Origin: Chiloscyllium plagiosum
Lineage: Eukaryota
NCBI RefSeq assembly: GCF_004010195.1
Contig: NC_057756.1
Span: 7,608,473-7,670,472, forward strand
DNA: 62,000 bases
Reading direction: 5' to 3'
The translations under genes and the position numbers were made by a program. This document shows positions 1-13,290 of this stretch, piece after piece. Within the stretch, counting starts at the first letter, position 1. Every line of letters begins with the position of its first letter. The notes beneath the pieces were generated by a model. That model worked only from the letters and a program-made list of their open reading frames with translations, did not search any database and was not told where the DNA came from.

Positions 1-235
1 GCAGGGGGTCCCTGCACTGGTTGCTTCCTCCCAGTCCCCCTCACTGTCACCCATCTATCTGCCATCTTTGGAGTTACTACTTCCCTAAGGCTCCGATCTA
101 TGACCCCCTCTGCCTCCCGAATGATCCTAAGTTCATCCAACTCCAGCTCCAGTTCTCTAACACGGTCTTGGAGGAGCTGGAGATGGGTGCACTTCCTGCA
201 AGTGTTATCAGCAGGGATGTCCATGGCATCCCTCA

Positions 236-306
236 CCTCAAACATGTTGCAAGAGGAACATTGCACTGCCTCTCAAACATGTTGCAAGAGGAACATTGCA
301 CTGCCT
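236..306. repeat. Short direct tandem duplication (~34 bp x2)
   Basis: ctcaaacatgttgcaagaggaacattgcactgcct occurs twice in tandem. Confidence 0.85.
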
Positions 307-339
307 TCACTGCCATCCCTAATCTCAGGATTGCTACCA

Positions 340-780
340 GTGCCAAGTGCTAGTGAGGCTAGGAATAAAGAGTGAGTGCACATGAACATGTGGCTGCAGA
401 GCTGGTGTAGGAGGAAAGGCTTCAGATATGTGAATCATCGGAGTACCTTCTGGGGAAGGTGGGACCAGTACAAGAAGGACGGGTTGCACCTGAACTGGGC
501 ACCTTTATCCTCAGGAGATATTTTGCCATAGCTCTTAAAGAGGGTTGAAATGAGATTGGCAGGGGTGGGAAACTGAACTGTGGATCAGATGGTGGTGTAG
601 GTAGTGAACAGCCAGAGCATGCAGAGAGTCTGCGATGAGGGACAGGCACTTGATAGGACAAAGGTGCAGTCAGTGTGATGGGTTGAAGTGTGTCCATTCT
701 AATGCAAGAATTATCAGGAATAAGGGTGAGGAACTTAGAGCACTGATCAGCACTTGGAACTAGAATGGGGGACAAGGGCT
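340..780 (+). mobile_element. CR1 LINE fragment (ORF1 esterase C-terminus and ORF2 start), degenerate
   Basis: WLQSWCRRKGFRY...FWGRWDQYKKDGLHLNW, then an NAR-x-IRNK-like endonuclease start. Homologous to 54700-55140. Confidence 0.75.
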
Positions 781-1914
781 ACCCCAGATCATCATTTATC
801 TGGTAATGTGCCAAGAACTGGGAAGACCAGTCTAGAGCTTCAAGAGAACTTGAAAAAAATGCATAAACATTTGTCCAAAGTGGATGTATATTTTAGGAAG
901 GAGACAATCCATATAAACAACATCCACTGACTTACCTCAATCCATCACCTTTGAGACCTCTTTAAAAATTAGCTTTGCCAGACATAACCGACCCTTCATG
1001 AATCCATGCAGACTCTCTCTGATTAGCTGACATTTTTTTTGAGGCAATTGTTGCTCTATACTTGATTACAGATTCTAACAACGTCCCCATCACAGATGTC
1101 AGGCTGACTCATCTGTAATTCCCTGGTTTTCCTCTGTCTCCCTTCTCAAAGAGTGGAGTGACATGAGCAAATTTCCAAATCCAGAGGAACAACTCCTGAA
1201 TCCAGGGAATTCCAAAAGATTACCGGTTGGGCACTGGCAAAAATATTCACCTACTTTCCTTAATGCCCATAGATGGAAGCCTGGGGATTTGCCATTCTTC
1301 AATGCCATTCATTTCCCCATTATTGATGCTTTGCTGATTTTATTGAGACCTTGCCCTGATTCTTTGCTGATATCTGTGCAACTTCTAGCAAACTACCCTC
1401 CTTCTCTGCTCTCAATACAGAAACAAACTAATCATTCAGCATATCTGCTATTTCAACACTGTCATTGACAATCTCCCCATTCCCAGCCTTCCCAGACAGG
1501 GGGGGCCAGCAGTACTTTAAGCAGCTGCATTCCCTTTTTCTCACGAGAAAATCATTTCTTCTTGTCTTTTACATCCCATGAATGTTTCTTTTCATCACCC
1601 TTTTCAGCTGATCTGATAAGCTTCTTTGTGGCCCCCATATCGATCCTTATCTTTGTCCCTTTCTGTGGCATCTGCTCTTTGTGTTTCCATAAAAACTTTC
1701 TTTTCATTTTATGCTGCTCCTGACTTCTTTGGATCTGGAAGGGTTCATGCACTGCAGAAATGGTAGGACGTTTGCTAACAGATGAACGATGAATGGAGAT
1801 GTTCTTTCTAATCATTCGTTGCAATTCTCCCACTGTTGCCTCTTTTTTTAGTACTTGCTACGCACATTTTATCTTTGAAAAATGTCACAATTCTGCATTT
1901 TGTTTTAATCATTT

Positions 1915-2680
1915 TTTTACCAGGATGTTGCCTCGGATGGAACTTCTTAGTTATTAAGAGAGATTGGGCATAGTGCATTTGTTTTCTTTAGAGTAGAGGA
2001 GATTGAGAGAGGATAAGCGGAATGTAAAATTGTCAGTGTCACAGACAGAGTAGACAGGAAGGAACGTTTTCCCGTCTTGGTGGGATCTATAACCACGGAC
2101 ATAGATTAAAGGTAAGGGACAAACCTTATAGAGGGGATGTGAGGAAAAGACTTTTCACATTGAGGGGAGATAGAATTTATAAGGATGCTACCAAGACAGG
2201 AAGGTTTGAGTTATAAGGAGAGGCTGGGTAGAGTCAGAGTCAGAGTCATACAGCATGGAAACATGGAACCTTTTTGTTTTCCCTGAAGCATAGGAGGCTA
2301 AGGAGTGACCCTATAGAGGTTCATAAAATCATGAGGGGCATGCAAAAATTGAACAAGCATGGTCTTCTCCCCAGGGTACAGAGTGATCAAAACGAGAGCG
2401 TGTAGGTTTAAGGTGAGATAGGAAAGATTTAAAAGGGACCTGAGGGTTAAATTTTAAACGCACAGGGTGGTACACATATGGAATGAGCTGCCAGAGGAAG
2501 AGGTGGGGGCTGCTACAATTGCAACATGTAAAAGGCACTTGGATATGTATAGGCAGGGTTTAGGGGGATGTGGGCCAAGTGCTGGCAAATGGGACTAGAT
2601 GGGTTTAGGATATCTGGTCAGCATGGATGAGTTGGACCGAAGGGTCTGTCTCTGTGCTGTAGAGTTCCATGACTCCATGA
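1915..2680 (+). mobile_element. Two adjacent CR1 3' fragments
   Basis: Degenerate ORF2 C-terminus (RML-GL...L-RLGLFSLE-RRLRGDL) and a ggaccgaagggtctgt 3' end. Confidence 0.7.
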
Positions 2681-3399
2681 AAAGGAAATTGTTGATGTGA
2701 CACTCCAATTCAAAATGGGAGAGAGGGATAAAAAGGTAACTATAGATCAGTTAGCTTAACATCTTTAATGGGGAAAATGCTAGAGTCTATTCTAAAAGAT
2801 GAAATCAGAATATTTTGAAACATGTTATATCATCAAACAGAGTGAGCATTGATTCATGACATGGAACTGAAAATGAGGAAGCAACAAGCAGGGTAGATGA
2901 AGAGGATCAAGTAGTTGTAAAGTATTAGGATTTCAACAAGGTGTCACACATCAGATTACTTTGTAGGATAGGAACGAATGGTGTAGGGCACAGAACAGTA
3001 CTGTGGAGAGAGGATTTGCTTACTAATAGGAAACAGTGAGTTGGTACAGAGGGAAAACTACAGGATGATGACTGACTCATTCAGGCCACAAATATTGACA
3101 ACATATTTTAGTGATGTGAATGATGAAAAAGAATGTTTTTTTCACTATTTTATGGATGATGTACACGTAGGTGGGGAGGCAAGGGATAAGGATGGCCCAA
3201 GCTGACGACAAAGTAATACAGGCAGGTTAAGGAAGTTGTAAAACAAAATACTTGATAGAAAAAATGTAAAGTGGGAAAATATGAGGTTGCCCATCTTGTC
3301 AGGAAGATTAGGAGAGTTGAAAATTATTTAAAATAGGGAAAGTTTGGAGAAATCTTCAATAGAGAGAAACTTGCCGGTCCTTGTGCATGAATCACAAAA

Positions 3400-3920
3400 A
3401 GTGTCATAGAGAGATAGAGTCATAGAGAGATAGAGTCATAGAGAGATAGTGTCATAGAGAGATAGAGTCATAGAGAGATAGAGTCATAGAGATATAGAGT
3501 CATAGAGAGATAGAGTCATAGAGAGATAGAGTCATAGAGAGATAGAGTCATAGAGATATACAGCACGGAAACAGACCCTCTGGTCCAACTTGCCCATGCT
3601 GTGCAGATGTCCTACATTAATCCACTCCCATTTGCCAGCACTTGGCCTATATTCCTCTGTACCCTTTCTATTCATATATCCATCCAGATGCCTTATAAAT
3701 GCTATAATTGTACCAGGCTCCACCACTTCCTCTGGCAGCTGAATCCCTACAGGCACCAACATCTGTGTGAAAATGTTGACCCATAGCTACCTTTTAAATC
3801 TTTCCCTTCTCATCTTAAACCTATGTCTGTTAGTTCTGGACTCCCCTACACTGGGAAAAGACCTTGTCTATTTACCCTACCATGTCCCTCTTGATTTTAT
3901 AAACCTCTATAAGGTCACCC
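3400..3920 (-). mobile_element. CR1 3' fragment nested in an older CR1; shared with unit 2 (19460-19795)
   Basis: LPEEVVE...RHLDGYMNRKG on the minus strand; same insertion site in both units. Confidence 0.8.
3404..3558. repeat. 16-bp tandem repeat (tcatagagagatagag)n, expanded CR1 3' tail
   Basis: About 9.5 copies directly abutting a minus-strand CR1 3' end. Confidence 0.85.
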
Positions 3921-4279
3921 CGTATCAGTGGGTAACAGCCATGTTGGTGTTCATTCTAAAGAAAATGGAACATAAAAACAGTGAGTAGTTGCTAAGTCTG
4001 TGAACATCTCTGGTCCTCTCATCTCAGGCAAGATATTGGAGGTATACCAGAACAGATTCTCTCATTTGATTCCAGGTTATGGAGGAATTTTCATTCGTAG
4101 AACGGTTGTGTCAAATGGACTTAAAAGCATTGATTTTTTGGAGAATGAGAAGAGTCTGGATGTCTTAATGTCATGTAGTTGAATTTATTAATAATAATGA
4201 CAAATTAAACCTGAAATCCATACATTTAAAGAAATCTGATTTTGATAGGATGATGAAACAAAATTCACAACGCAAGTAG

Positions 4280-4790
4280 CAAGCTTTCAGGTGCACCTTG
4301 GAAAGCATCCGATACAGATGGATCACCGTTTGGTAATGCAACTCTGCTCAAGACCGGAAGAAATTATAAAGTTATGAATACGGTCCAATTCACCTCAAAA
4401 ACCAGCCTTCCTTCCACTGGCTCCATCTATATTTCCCACTGCCTCAGGAAACCAGCCAAGATCATTAAAGACCCCTCCCACCCCGGTGAAACTCTCTTCC
4501 AAAGGGCAGAAGGTACAACAGTTTGAAAACATTACCAATAGTCTCAAGAACAGCTTCTTCCCCGCTGTTATCAGGCTTATGAATGAGTCGCTTTTCCTTC
4601 CATTACAGGCATTTACACCACATGCTCAATCTGCAAGGCTAACAGCATTGTGGATGACCCCACACATTCTTCATTCAAATTCATCTCCCTCCTGCCATCT
4701 GATAGAAGATACCAGAGCATTTGTTCTCTCATGCAAGAGACCGTGAACAGTTTCTTCCCCAAGCTATCAGGTTCCTTAACAGTGCATGAT
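4280..4790 (+). mobile_element. Rex1/Babar-like LINE 3' fragments (paralog 20200-20730)
   Basis: LLPSGRRYQSIRSLTARLFNGFFSQAIRLLN / KNSFFPAVIRLMN C-terminal motif. Confidence 0.65.
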
Positions 4791-7002
4791 CACACTTTAT
4801 TCTGTTTGCAATTTTTGGACGACTTTTTTGAATTGCTGCAAAAACAATGTTTTATTAATGATCAGTCACTGTTATATTGTAATGTATCCACCACTGTGCC
4901 TATTGTCTTGCCTTCTCAGGAATTATTGCGCTGTCTTGCACATTTTTGCACTTTTCTATTCACTTTGTGCTGCCCTGTGTATGACTTTACTCTTGTGTAG
5001 TCTGAACGTTCATATAGCACATTGATTTTGGAGGAACGCTGTCTCATTTTTATTGGACCAGCTGTATATGGTAGAAACGAAAAATAAATTTCCTCTACTC
5101 TACCTCTTGTATATTAAAGTTGATTGTTCTCTGCACCTTCTCTGAAGCTGGAACACTATATACTGCATTCTGTTCTAATATCCTAATACACTTGTGCAAG
5201 ATGTGATCTGTCCGGAAAACACGCAAAGCATTACTTTTCACTCTATCGCGGTGCAGGAGACAATAATATGTCTAACGAAAGCAAGTTCAATATAGCAGAA
5301 TAATGAGTGGTTTGTATGGCTGGAAGCTTTGTGATACTGGTCAGTTCCAATACAATGTAACAGTTTTCATAATATCCAACACCATAGCTCATTGGAAGGT
5401 GATGGAAGGTAATACAATGTGACAAAAACAATGTTAAGTGACATATTTAAATTGAAATGTCTTACATGGAAACATGAATTATAAGCATGTGATAGGACAG
5501 GTGAAGAAGATAATTGATGTACAAAGACAGTCATATGCCTTAGCAATTAATTTGAAAGTGAATCCAAAAAAACTTTCATGATGTGAAAATAGTGGGGTAG
5601 GTCCACTTAGGGTCAAAGTGCAAGATTTCTGCTCAGAACGGCAGGAATAGTATAGACTTGTGAGGATTACTTTGCACCCATGTTTACTAATGAATGAGAT
5701 GTTGATAAATATCAATAGGAGTGGAGACAGTAACTTTAATGTGATGTGAAATTAGTTTGAATGGCAGTAACAGAAAGTTTGTCTCGGCTTTGAGTGGAAT
5801 TAAGGCCGGCTCTGTTCCGCTTGGAATGACGGCTTTGAAAGGAAGCAAAGGGTAAATTATGAAATAAGTTGTTATTTTCATTCAGATGCCAGAAAAAGGA
5901 AGAATCCACCAAAGGGCTTGGGAGCAGCAAAGTTGACGAGTTTAGCTCAGAACAAACAGATTTCAAATGGTAGTTTTCAAATTTCCAGAATTCCAGTGTA
6001 GCTATTTGTAAATGACTGATGGACAAACAGCACACATTGAATGAAAACATTAAAACAAAGGTCCTTGGGTTAATTGAGTTTGAGGTCATTGTAAATACAG
6101 GAAGACTATTTTCAATGACTTGTCCGTCCAGAACCATGATTTTCAGGATAGGAAATATATCACTGAGCACAAAGAAAGCAAAACTACAATTCACCCAGAG
6201 CATGGTGGTCCTGGGAAATTCTCTGCCAAGGAAGCGAATACTTTCAAGAAGGTAATAGGTTTTTTTTTCAGGCTAAAGTGATTAAAGGATGTCAGGAGGA
6301 AGCTGGGAGCAAGGTCCTGAATTAGATGATCAGCCGTCATTAATATTGGGTGGTGAAATCGATTTGAAAAACTGAATGGACTCACCCTACTTGTATATAC
6401 TATGCCTCGATGTTTGCTTGAGATGCCTCCTTGGAAACAGCAACATGTTATTAGCTTGAGCTGCTGTATTACTTTGGTTGTCCTGACCTTTAGCTCAGGT
6501 CGCTGGGTCTGGCAAACACAAGTACTGGTTTCAGTCTCTGTAGGAGTTTGGAAGGCTGTATTGATTTATAAACCTGAAGATGGTGCGCGTATGGAACGAG
6601 CTGACAGATGAGGTGATAGAGACTGGTTCAATTATAACGTTGAAAAGACATCTGGATAGGCATAAGAATAGGAAGGATTTAGAGGGATATGGGCAAACTG
6701 CTGGCAAGTGGGGCTAGGTCAGGTCGAAGGGTTTGGTCGGTATGGACACTTTTAACCTCGGGTCTGTTTCTGAGCTGTATCACTCAATGGCTCTATGATT
6801 TCTGAAATCCATTGCCCACAGGGATTGATCTACCAATGAGTCACTCAGGTTGTAAGCCTTCTCTTTGGTATTTTCCTATGAAGTCAGAACTGAATAATTT
6901 GAATGCAACAGGGATTGAATATCTTGGTGCTAATATATTTTCCCAAACTGATCAGAAGTAACAATGATGCAACTTTAACATTCCCATGGGAACCAGGAAA
7001 AG

Positions 7003-7009
7003 TATAAAA
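7003..7009 (+). promoter_or_regulatory. Candidate TATA box of GPCR copy 1
   Basis: TATAAAA about 85 bp upstream of the ATG, conserved at 24013-24019 in copy 2. Confidence 0.45.
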
Positions 7010-7088
7010 TGGTTTCTGAACACTGTCATACTATGTTCAACTCAAAGGTTTTGGCTTCATCACCTGGGAATAGAACCTTTATCGCAAA

Positions 7089-7155
7089 ATGCTGCAGTTG
7101 TTCACCATTGTTGATAAAGTATATTACATCTCTATTGCTGCTATTGGTGTTCCTG
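7089..7155 (+). CDS. GPR139/GPR142-like GPCR copy 1, coding exon 1
   Basis: ATG at 7089 reads MLQLFTIVDKVYYISIAAIGVP+G, then a GTAAG donor at 7156. The phase-1 junction joins in frame to exon 2, giving a TM1 of ...IGVPVNALAILIL. The same exon and donor are conserved in the paralog at 24100. Confidence 0.9.
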
Positions 7156-7184
7156 GTAAGTGATTTTTTTTAAAATTATTCATT

Positions 7185-7510
7185 TATGGGATGTGGGCAT
7201 CACTGGTGAGACCAGCATTCATGACCCAGAGGGGAGCTTAAGAGTCAGCCACATTGCTGTGGGTCTGGAGTCACATTCCAGCCATACCAGGATGGCAGTT
7301 TCCTTGCCTAAAGGACGTATGCAAACCAGAAAGATTCTTCCAACAATCAAGAATGGAATCACAGTTATCATAAAACTGTTAATTCCAGATTTTTGTTTTC
7401 ATTCAATTCAAATTCCACCATCTGCCATGAAGGGATTCAAACCTGTGTCCTCAGCACATTACGGGGTCTCTAGATTAATTGTCCAGTGATAATGCCACGA
7501 GACCATTCCC
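7185..7510 (-). mobile_element. DeuSINE/SacSINE1-like SINE in the GPCR intron (paralog 24175-24750, split by HE1)
   Basis: ccacattgctgtgggtctggagtcaca core with a tRNA-like head at the right end. Confidence 0.6.
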
Positions 7511-8717
7511 TTCCCTGAGCAGAACTTTGAAAGTTGCATCAATCCGTGCAGTGGAACACCATGCCACCGTGCTCATATTTTGTTCAAAGTATTTGCCATT
7601 TGAGTTCACTGTAGGTCTGTTAGCACTACCATCATTGCACATGTATTATCAGGATTGTTGTAAGTTTTGATTGGGACTCAATAATAGGACAATCCCTGTG
7701 AGCAGTAGATTGCAGAGATCAGAGACTCACAGAGATATACAACATAGAAACACAGCCTTCGGATAAACCAGATATTAAGACGGTGACAGGGTAAGGCACT
7801 CCAGTCGGAACTCCTCTCTCTCTCCAGTTTCTGTTTCTTTTCCTTTTCGTTTCTTTTATTATTCTCCTCTTTGCAGTCTTTTTTTCTTCAACCCCTGCCC
7901 GAATCTTTTAACTACCCCTACCTGGGGAATGGAGACCAGTTGCGACTGGAGACAGAGCGGGAGCTGAGCACACTGGCCATGTCCCTCAGAGACAGCAGAG
8001 TGAGCAGGGTCAAAGATACAGGGACTGAATCCCAGAGTTTTCGCAGCAGGGAAATTCCATGCCCCAGAATGGCATGTGGGGAAACCCACATTCCGGAGCA
8101 GCACGAGGTGAAGCATGACTGACCTTGTTACTGCTGAGTGCTGGTGAGGGAATGGCCTGGAGGCTGGAGGGAGGGGGGACACTTGTTAGACTTGGGCCCT
8201 GACACCATGTGCTGAGCTGCTGCTGTTGTAATTCTTTACTGGGCTGTAATTTAAATAACTACCTCATTCCTAACTCATTCTCAGATGCTGTTAGTAATGC
8301 TACTGATTTCCTCATTATCCTCTTTTGTATAACTTTTTCTTTACTCTGTAAGATTTGTACCTGTACCTAAGATGGTACCATTAAAAAGCAGCCATTGTAA
8401 ATTCCTTGCACTGGACTCCTGTACTTCTGTACTGGAGGACAGCTGACAACAAAGGATATTCAGTGTGGATGGTTACATTGAGCTGATGACATGCAAGGAA
8501 GCCTTTCCTTGCTTAACAAATCAAATCCTTTTTTTTGATGATCAATTAAGGTTTTTCTTTCAAAGAATAGTTTTGAGGAAGAAGTGGTGGCATTTCCTAA
8601 TCTCAGGGAGTTCAATGAATGGAAAGCAATGAGAACCGTTCACTAACACACCACCAGTTCTGAGTATGTTTTTCAGTTTTCAACATAATTCGTGATTCGA
8701 AATGCAATTTCCAGAGA

Positions 8718-8848
8718 TTTAGTTATCTCTCCACCCTTCAGGCACTCTGCCTGTATTCCTGATGCAGAGCTTTTGCCTGAAATGTTGATTTTCCTGCTCC
8801 TTGGATGCTGTCTGAACTGCTGTGCTTTTCCAGCACCACTCTAATTTA
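8718..8848 (+). mobile_element. Penelope-type 3' fragment with degenerate hammerhead core, unit 1 only
   Basis: ttcCTGATGcagagcttttgcctGAAAtgttgatt...ggatgctg...; same family as 18503-18603; absent at the paralogous site ~25925. Confidence 0.55.
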
Positions 8849-8849
8849 G

Positions 8850-9595
8850 AAAGGCAAACCAAGAGCAGCTCTTCTGCATTCAATGGCAGGGTCCTGAGGA
8901 CTGTTGCCAAACAAAGAGACCTTGGGGTTCAGGTTCATATTTCTTTGAAAGTGGAGTCACACGTAGACAGGGTAGTAAAGAAGGTGTTTATTACACTTGC
9001 CGTTTTTGGCCATGCATTCAGTATAGGAGTTGGGATGTCATGTTGTGGCTGTACAGAAAGTTGGTTGGGCCATTTCTGGAAAACAAATCATTCTGTTCCG
9101 GCCTCCCTGCTACAGGAAAGATGCTGCTAAACTTAAAAGTGTGCAGAAAAGATTTACAACGATATCACCATGGATGGAATTTCTAAGCTGTAGGAAAAAT
9201 CTTAATAGGCTTGGGCTTTTTCTCCTGGAGCATCGAAGGCTGAGGGACAAGGATAGAGTGACTAGTCAAGGTATTCTCTCCAGGGTGAGAGGGTCCAAAT
9301 CTAGATGGCATTGGTTTAAGGTGAGAGAGGAATGAATTAAAAGGGGTCCTTGGGGCAACTTTTTCATGCGGAGGATGATGCATGTATGGAATGAGCTGTC
9401 AGAAGAGGTGGGAGAGGCTGGTGCAATTACAATATTTAAAAAGCATCTGGATGGGCACATCAGTAGGAAGAGTTGAGAGGGATATTGGCTAAATGCTGCC
9501 AAATGGGACTTGTTTAATTTAGGATATCTGTTCAGTGTGGACAAGTTGGACTGAAGGATCTGTTTCCCTGCTGTACATCTCTATGACTCTCAGTG
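8850..9595 (+). mobile_element. CR1 3' fragment in the GPCR intron (paralog 25930-26670)
   Basis: QRDLGVQVH-SLKVESHVDRVVKK...VQKRFT...LGLFLLEHRRLR and a ctctatgactct tail. Confidence 0.8.
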
Positions 9596-10482
9596 ACTGA
9601 AAGCAATTGTTGGGTTCTTGGAATATAGAATTGACAGCTGGTAGTTCACACAGAGAGAGCAACCCACGTACAAGACCAAGTTCAAATATATACTTTCTCA
9701 CATGAAAGAATTCTTTGTTTTGTCTCACTTTGAAGGCATTCTTTGTTAAGTTGTTCAATCACTTGACAGCTCCATTTTATTATATTTATGTTTATCAATG
9801 GTTTCATTTATCTTACAGTACATTTCAGTTTCACAATAGTTATCCTCTGTCCTTCACGTGGCCAACCCCAACTACAGGTCCACTTGTTCATAGGGTGTGG
9901 ATATGATCTCTTGCCATGAGTGCTGCTATTCTCATATTCCTGTGGAACATTGCTAAGAATGTGTCTGTCCTGTAAGGCAGGATTATTTAACATAATGGTG
10001 TCAAATTCATGATTCTGTGCATCACATTTGTAATGTGGATGTCATTATATGCCAGCTTGCATTGTGATTATGTTGAACATTTACAACATTTAAGGCCATT
10101 ACTCGTTGGCTAGGAGAACAGATTGGTTAATTTTTGGGAGAACAGAAGGATAATTTGCTACCCTGCTCATGTTTTTTGTCCCTGTCATTAACAGTTGATG
10201 GAAGTTAATCCAATAGAACATGTTCAATCTGAGTTTGTATGCAACAATTAAAATATGCAACTGACAAATTTACATCTACATAGAGATTTTGCAGTACTTC
10301 ATGTTCAACACCATGCAGCCACACCCTTTGTACATTGGACAAAGGCTAACATGGGATGGAATCAAGATTAACATCTTTTTATATTTTGATATTCTTCCTG
10401 AGCACTCTAAAGCCATCTTGACTCAAATAGAAGGCTGTTCAAACTAAAATTTTTAAATTAACTTCCATTCTCCCTCTTACAG

Positions 10483-11396
10483 TTAATGCACTGGCAATTT
10501 TGATCCTCTCCCGAGGAAAATGCGGCCTCTCCAGATGCACTACTCATTACCTAGTGGCCATGGCGACAGCGGATCTGATGGTCATCATCACTGATGTTAT
10601 ATTATATCAATTGAATCACTACTTTTATCAGGGATCATTCCTGCACCTCACACCTGCGTGCATTGTGATTGACTTCCTACTTTTTGTCAGTTCAGACTGT
10701 TCTGTCTGGTTCACTGTCACTTTCTCCGCTGATCGCTTTGTGACCATTTGTTGCCGGAACTTGAAACTGAAATATTGCACCATCAAAACAGCAGCTGTTA
10801 TTCTTTCAACAACCTTCACATTTTTCTGTATAAAAAATGCTCCCATTTTCATTATACGGGAACCTATGATGGTGGTTGACAATGTACACTGGTATTGTCA
10901 AATGAAGGCCAGCTATTACACTGAACATGGATGGATGATTTATGACTGGTTTGATAAAGTGTTAACGCCATTACTCCCATTCAGTTTGGTTTTGCTCTTC
11001 AATGCTTTGACAGTCAGATACGTTTTAGTGGCAAATCGGATCCGTAAAGGATTGAGGAGTCAGAACATCGAAGAGGAGCGCAGTGATCCTGAGATGGAGA
11101 GCAGAAGGAAGGCAATGATTTTACTGTTCACCATATCGAGTAGCTTCATATTGCTGTGGTCACCCTATGTAATAAATTTCTTATATTATCGAATTGCAGC
11201 AATTGATCCCAAATCTTACAATGACAGTTTGAGTATATTTGAAAGAATTGGATACATGCTGCTGAGTTTGAGTTGCTGCACAAATACATTTATTTATGGA
11301 GTAACTCAGTCGAAGTTCAGGGAACAGTTCATTAATGCTGTAAAATACCCACTGACTTCAATCAGCAGAGTCTTTACTTTTAGAATGCATCGATGA
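10483..11396 (+). CDS. GPR139/GPR142-like GPCR copy 1, coding exon 2 (TM1 end to TM7; spliced protein 326 aa)
   Basis: Polypyrimidine tract plus CAG acceptor ending at 10482. Open frame with class A motifs: YLVAMATADL (TM2), SVWFTVTFSADRF (TM3), LTPLLPF (TM5), FILLWSP (TM6), CCTNTFIY (TM7), KFREQF (helix 8). TGA ends at 11396. Confidence 0.92.
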
Positions 11397-12739
11397 AAAT
11401 CTCTAAGACAGTACCATATACGACTGTTTTCCTGAGTACAGCATTGAGTAGTGAACGTTCATCAAATTATTTGTATTAAAAAATGTCAATTTGTATAAAA
11501 ATACGAACAGCAGTGTAGGCTTACCGTCGATTGGATGCTATTTTATTTTGGATTGTCATAATATTGATAAAAGATTTTTAATCCTCATCTGAAGTAAACG
11601 TAATGAATAAGTCGCTCATAAGAGCTATACAGTTGCAGCATCCACACATATAAAGGAAACGCCACAAGAAATCAACAGGAAGAACTGAATTAGGGAGATT
11701 GCTTTCCATAAAATGGGTAGCACTGAATGTAAGCACTGGGCCCCTCGTTAGTGTTGGCAGTGAATTGCAAACGAGTCCATTCACATTTTGTCCGTCTCTT
11801 TTCAGTGTTGTTTGGCAAAAACATTTCCTGTCATTTCATTTACTGCAGACATGATCTGGCATGGTCCCAAATTATGTTAAAATGGAAAGCTCAGAATGGA
11901 AACAGAAATCAGGGTTCCTCGTTCATCTTTATTTCATTTCTCATTTCGAGTGGTAGCCTTTCAGTGAAAGATAAGTCTGAAACTCTGTACATTTGTTTTT
12001 AACAATGAAAAGTGACATAAGTAAAGGAAATGAAATTAGTGAGAAAGTATCTGTGCTTTTCACATATAAAACAGTTTGAAAGTTTTCAGAGCACATGACA
12101 TAAATATCCTGTCATCCAACTTTACTGTACTCGAATGAGAGAGCTTCATTCTGTGCAACATCTACAGCTGTGACTGAGCTGCTACTTTCATTTCTTGGGG
12201 GTTTGTTAGTCTTTCCCCTGTTTATTCACACAACTGAATATTCTTGGCGTAAAATGACACTTTCTGATTTATAACCAAAGATTTATGGTTTGTACCTTTC
12301 ATTTTTAACACTTGCAGTAGGATAACAGTTTCAAACTGTTCTAAATTAACTGTTTTTCTGAGGGAGAATCTGTTCCTATAACTACTCTGTTGCAGTCTCA
12401 GTGAAATACCCCAAATGCCTCATTAATTATGTTTTCATTTCACAAGAAAGCATGTATTTTTCAAAACCAAAAGCAGGTCAATGTTTGTCTTTGTGATTAT
12501 AAAATACTCGTAATGCAAGTCATCTCACAATATCTCTCCAGTATCGCTCCATGCTTTCTGACCCATGATGGTTTGAATGGACGGCTCCAGAAAGACTAAT
12601 ACATTACTTATACATTACTTCATGCACACAAACTAAACTCACATCTCGCCAGATCAAAAAGTGAATGCAAAAGTACTTTACATTCTAGCAATATAAATCG
12701 TGCCCCTAATATCCTATTCCTATGTTTTTTATATTATTG

Positions 12740-12870
12740 CCAGAAGTCAAATGACAACAGGTTATAGTTCAGCAGGTTTATCTGAAATCATAACCACTGC
12801 TGCTTCACCAGGTGAAGTGTCATGTGACTTCTGACAGTGTCCACCCCATCCCAACACCAGCACCTCCATC
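12740..12870 (-). mobile_element. Degenerate Penelope-type terminal fragment (paralog 30460-30590)
   Basis: caggttatagttcagcaggtttat...cttcaccaggtg resembles the 55900-55975 family. Confidence 0.45.
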
Positions 12871-13109
12871 ATTTATATTACTACACTTCTGTTTTATTTT
12901 CAAATCTTCCACATTCTGAATATTACGATAATAGATATTTTTATTATTTTGTGTTGGCTTTTTTGGCACTATTTGCTGAGTTATTTGCTTTACACATGTT
13001 GCCTTTTGAATTTCCCTCCAGAGGAATCAATCTTTCTGTCTGTCCAAAACTATACTTTAAAAAGTAACACTAATGAATAGCACATAATGAACTGAGATTT
13101 TGTAAAATC

Positions 13110-13290
13110 TCATTTGGTTCACTCATAGCTTTAGAGAATGGAAACTGCCATCCTTCCTTGTTCTGAACTCCATGTGATTCCAGACTTACTGCAATGTGGT
13201 GACTCTAAGCTGACCTATATGCAATTACCGATGGGCAATAAATGTTGGCCTCAGTGGCAAAACCCACGTCCAATGAATGAATGAAAACAA
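13110..13290 (+). mobile_element. DeuSINE-like 3' half (paralog 30830-31015)
   Basis: ggaaactgccatcctt...gatgggcaataaatg...tgaatgaatg tail. Confidence 0.55.

Noticed and set aside
10500..11396. Single-exon GPCR starting at TTG 10500 (and ATG 27553 for copy 2)
   Set aside because: TM1 would be incomplete. A conserved acceptor and a matching phase-1 upstream exon explain the true start.
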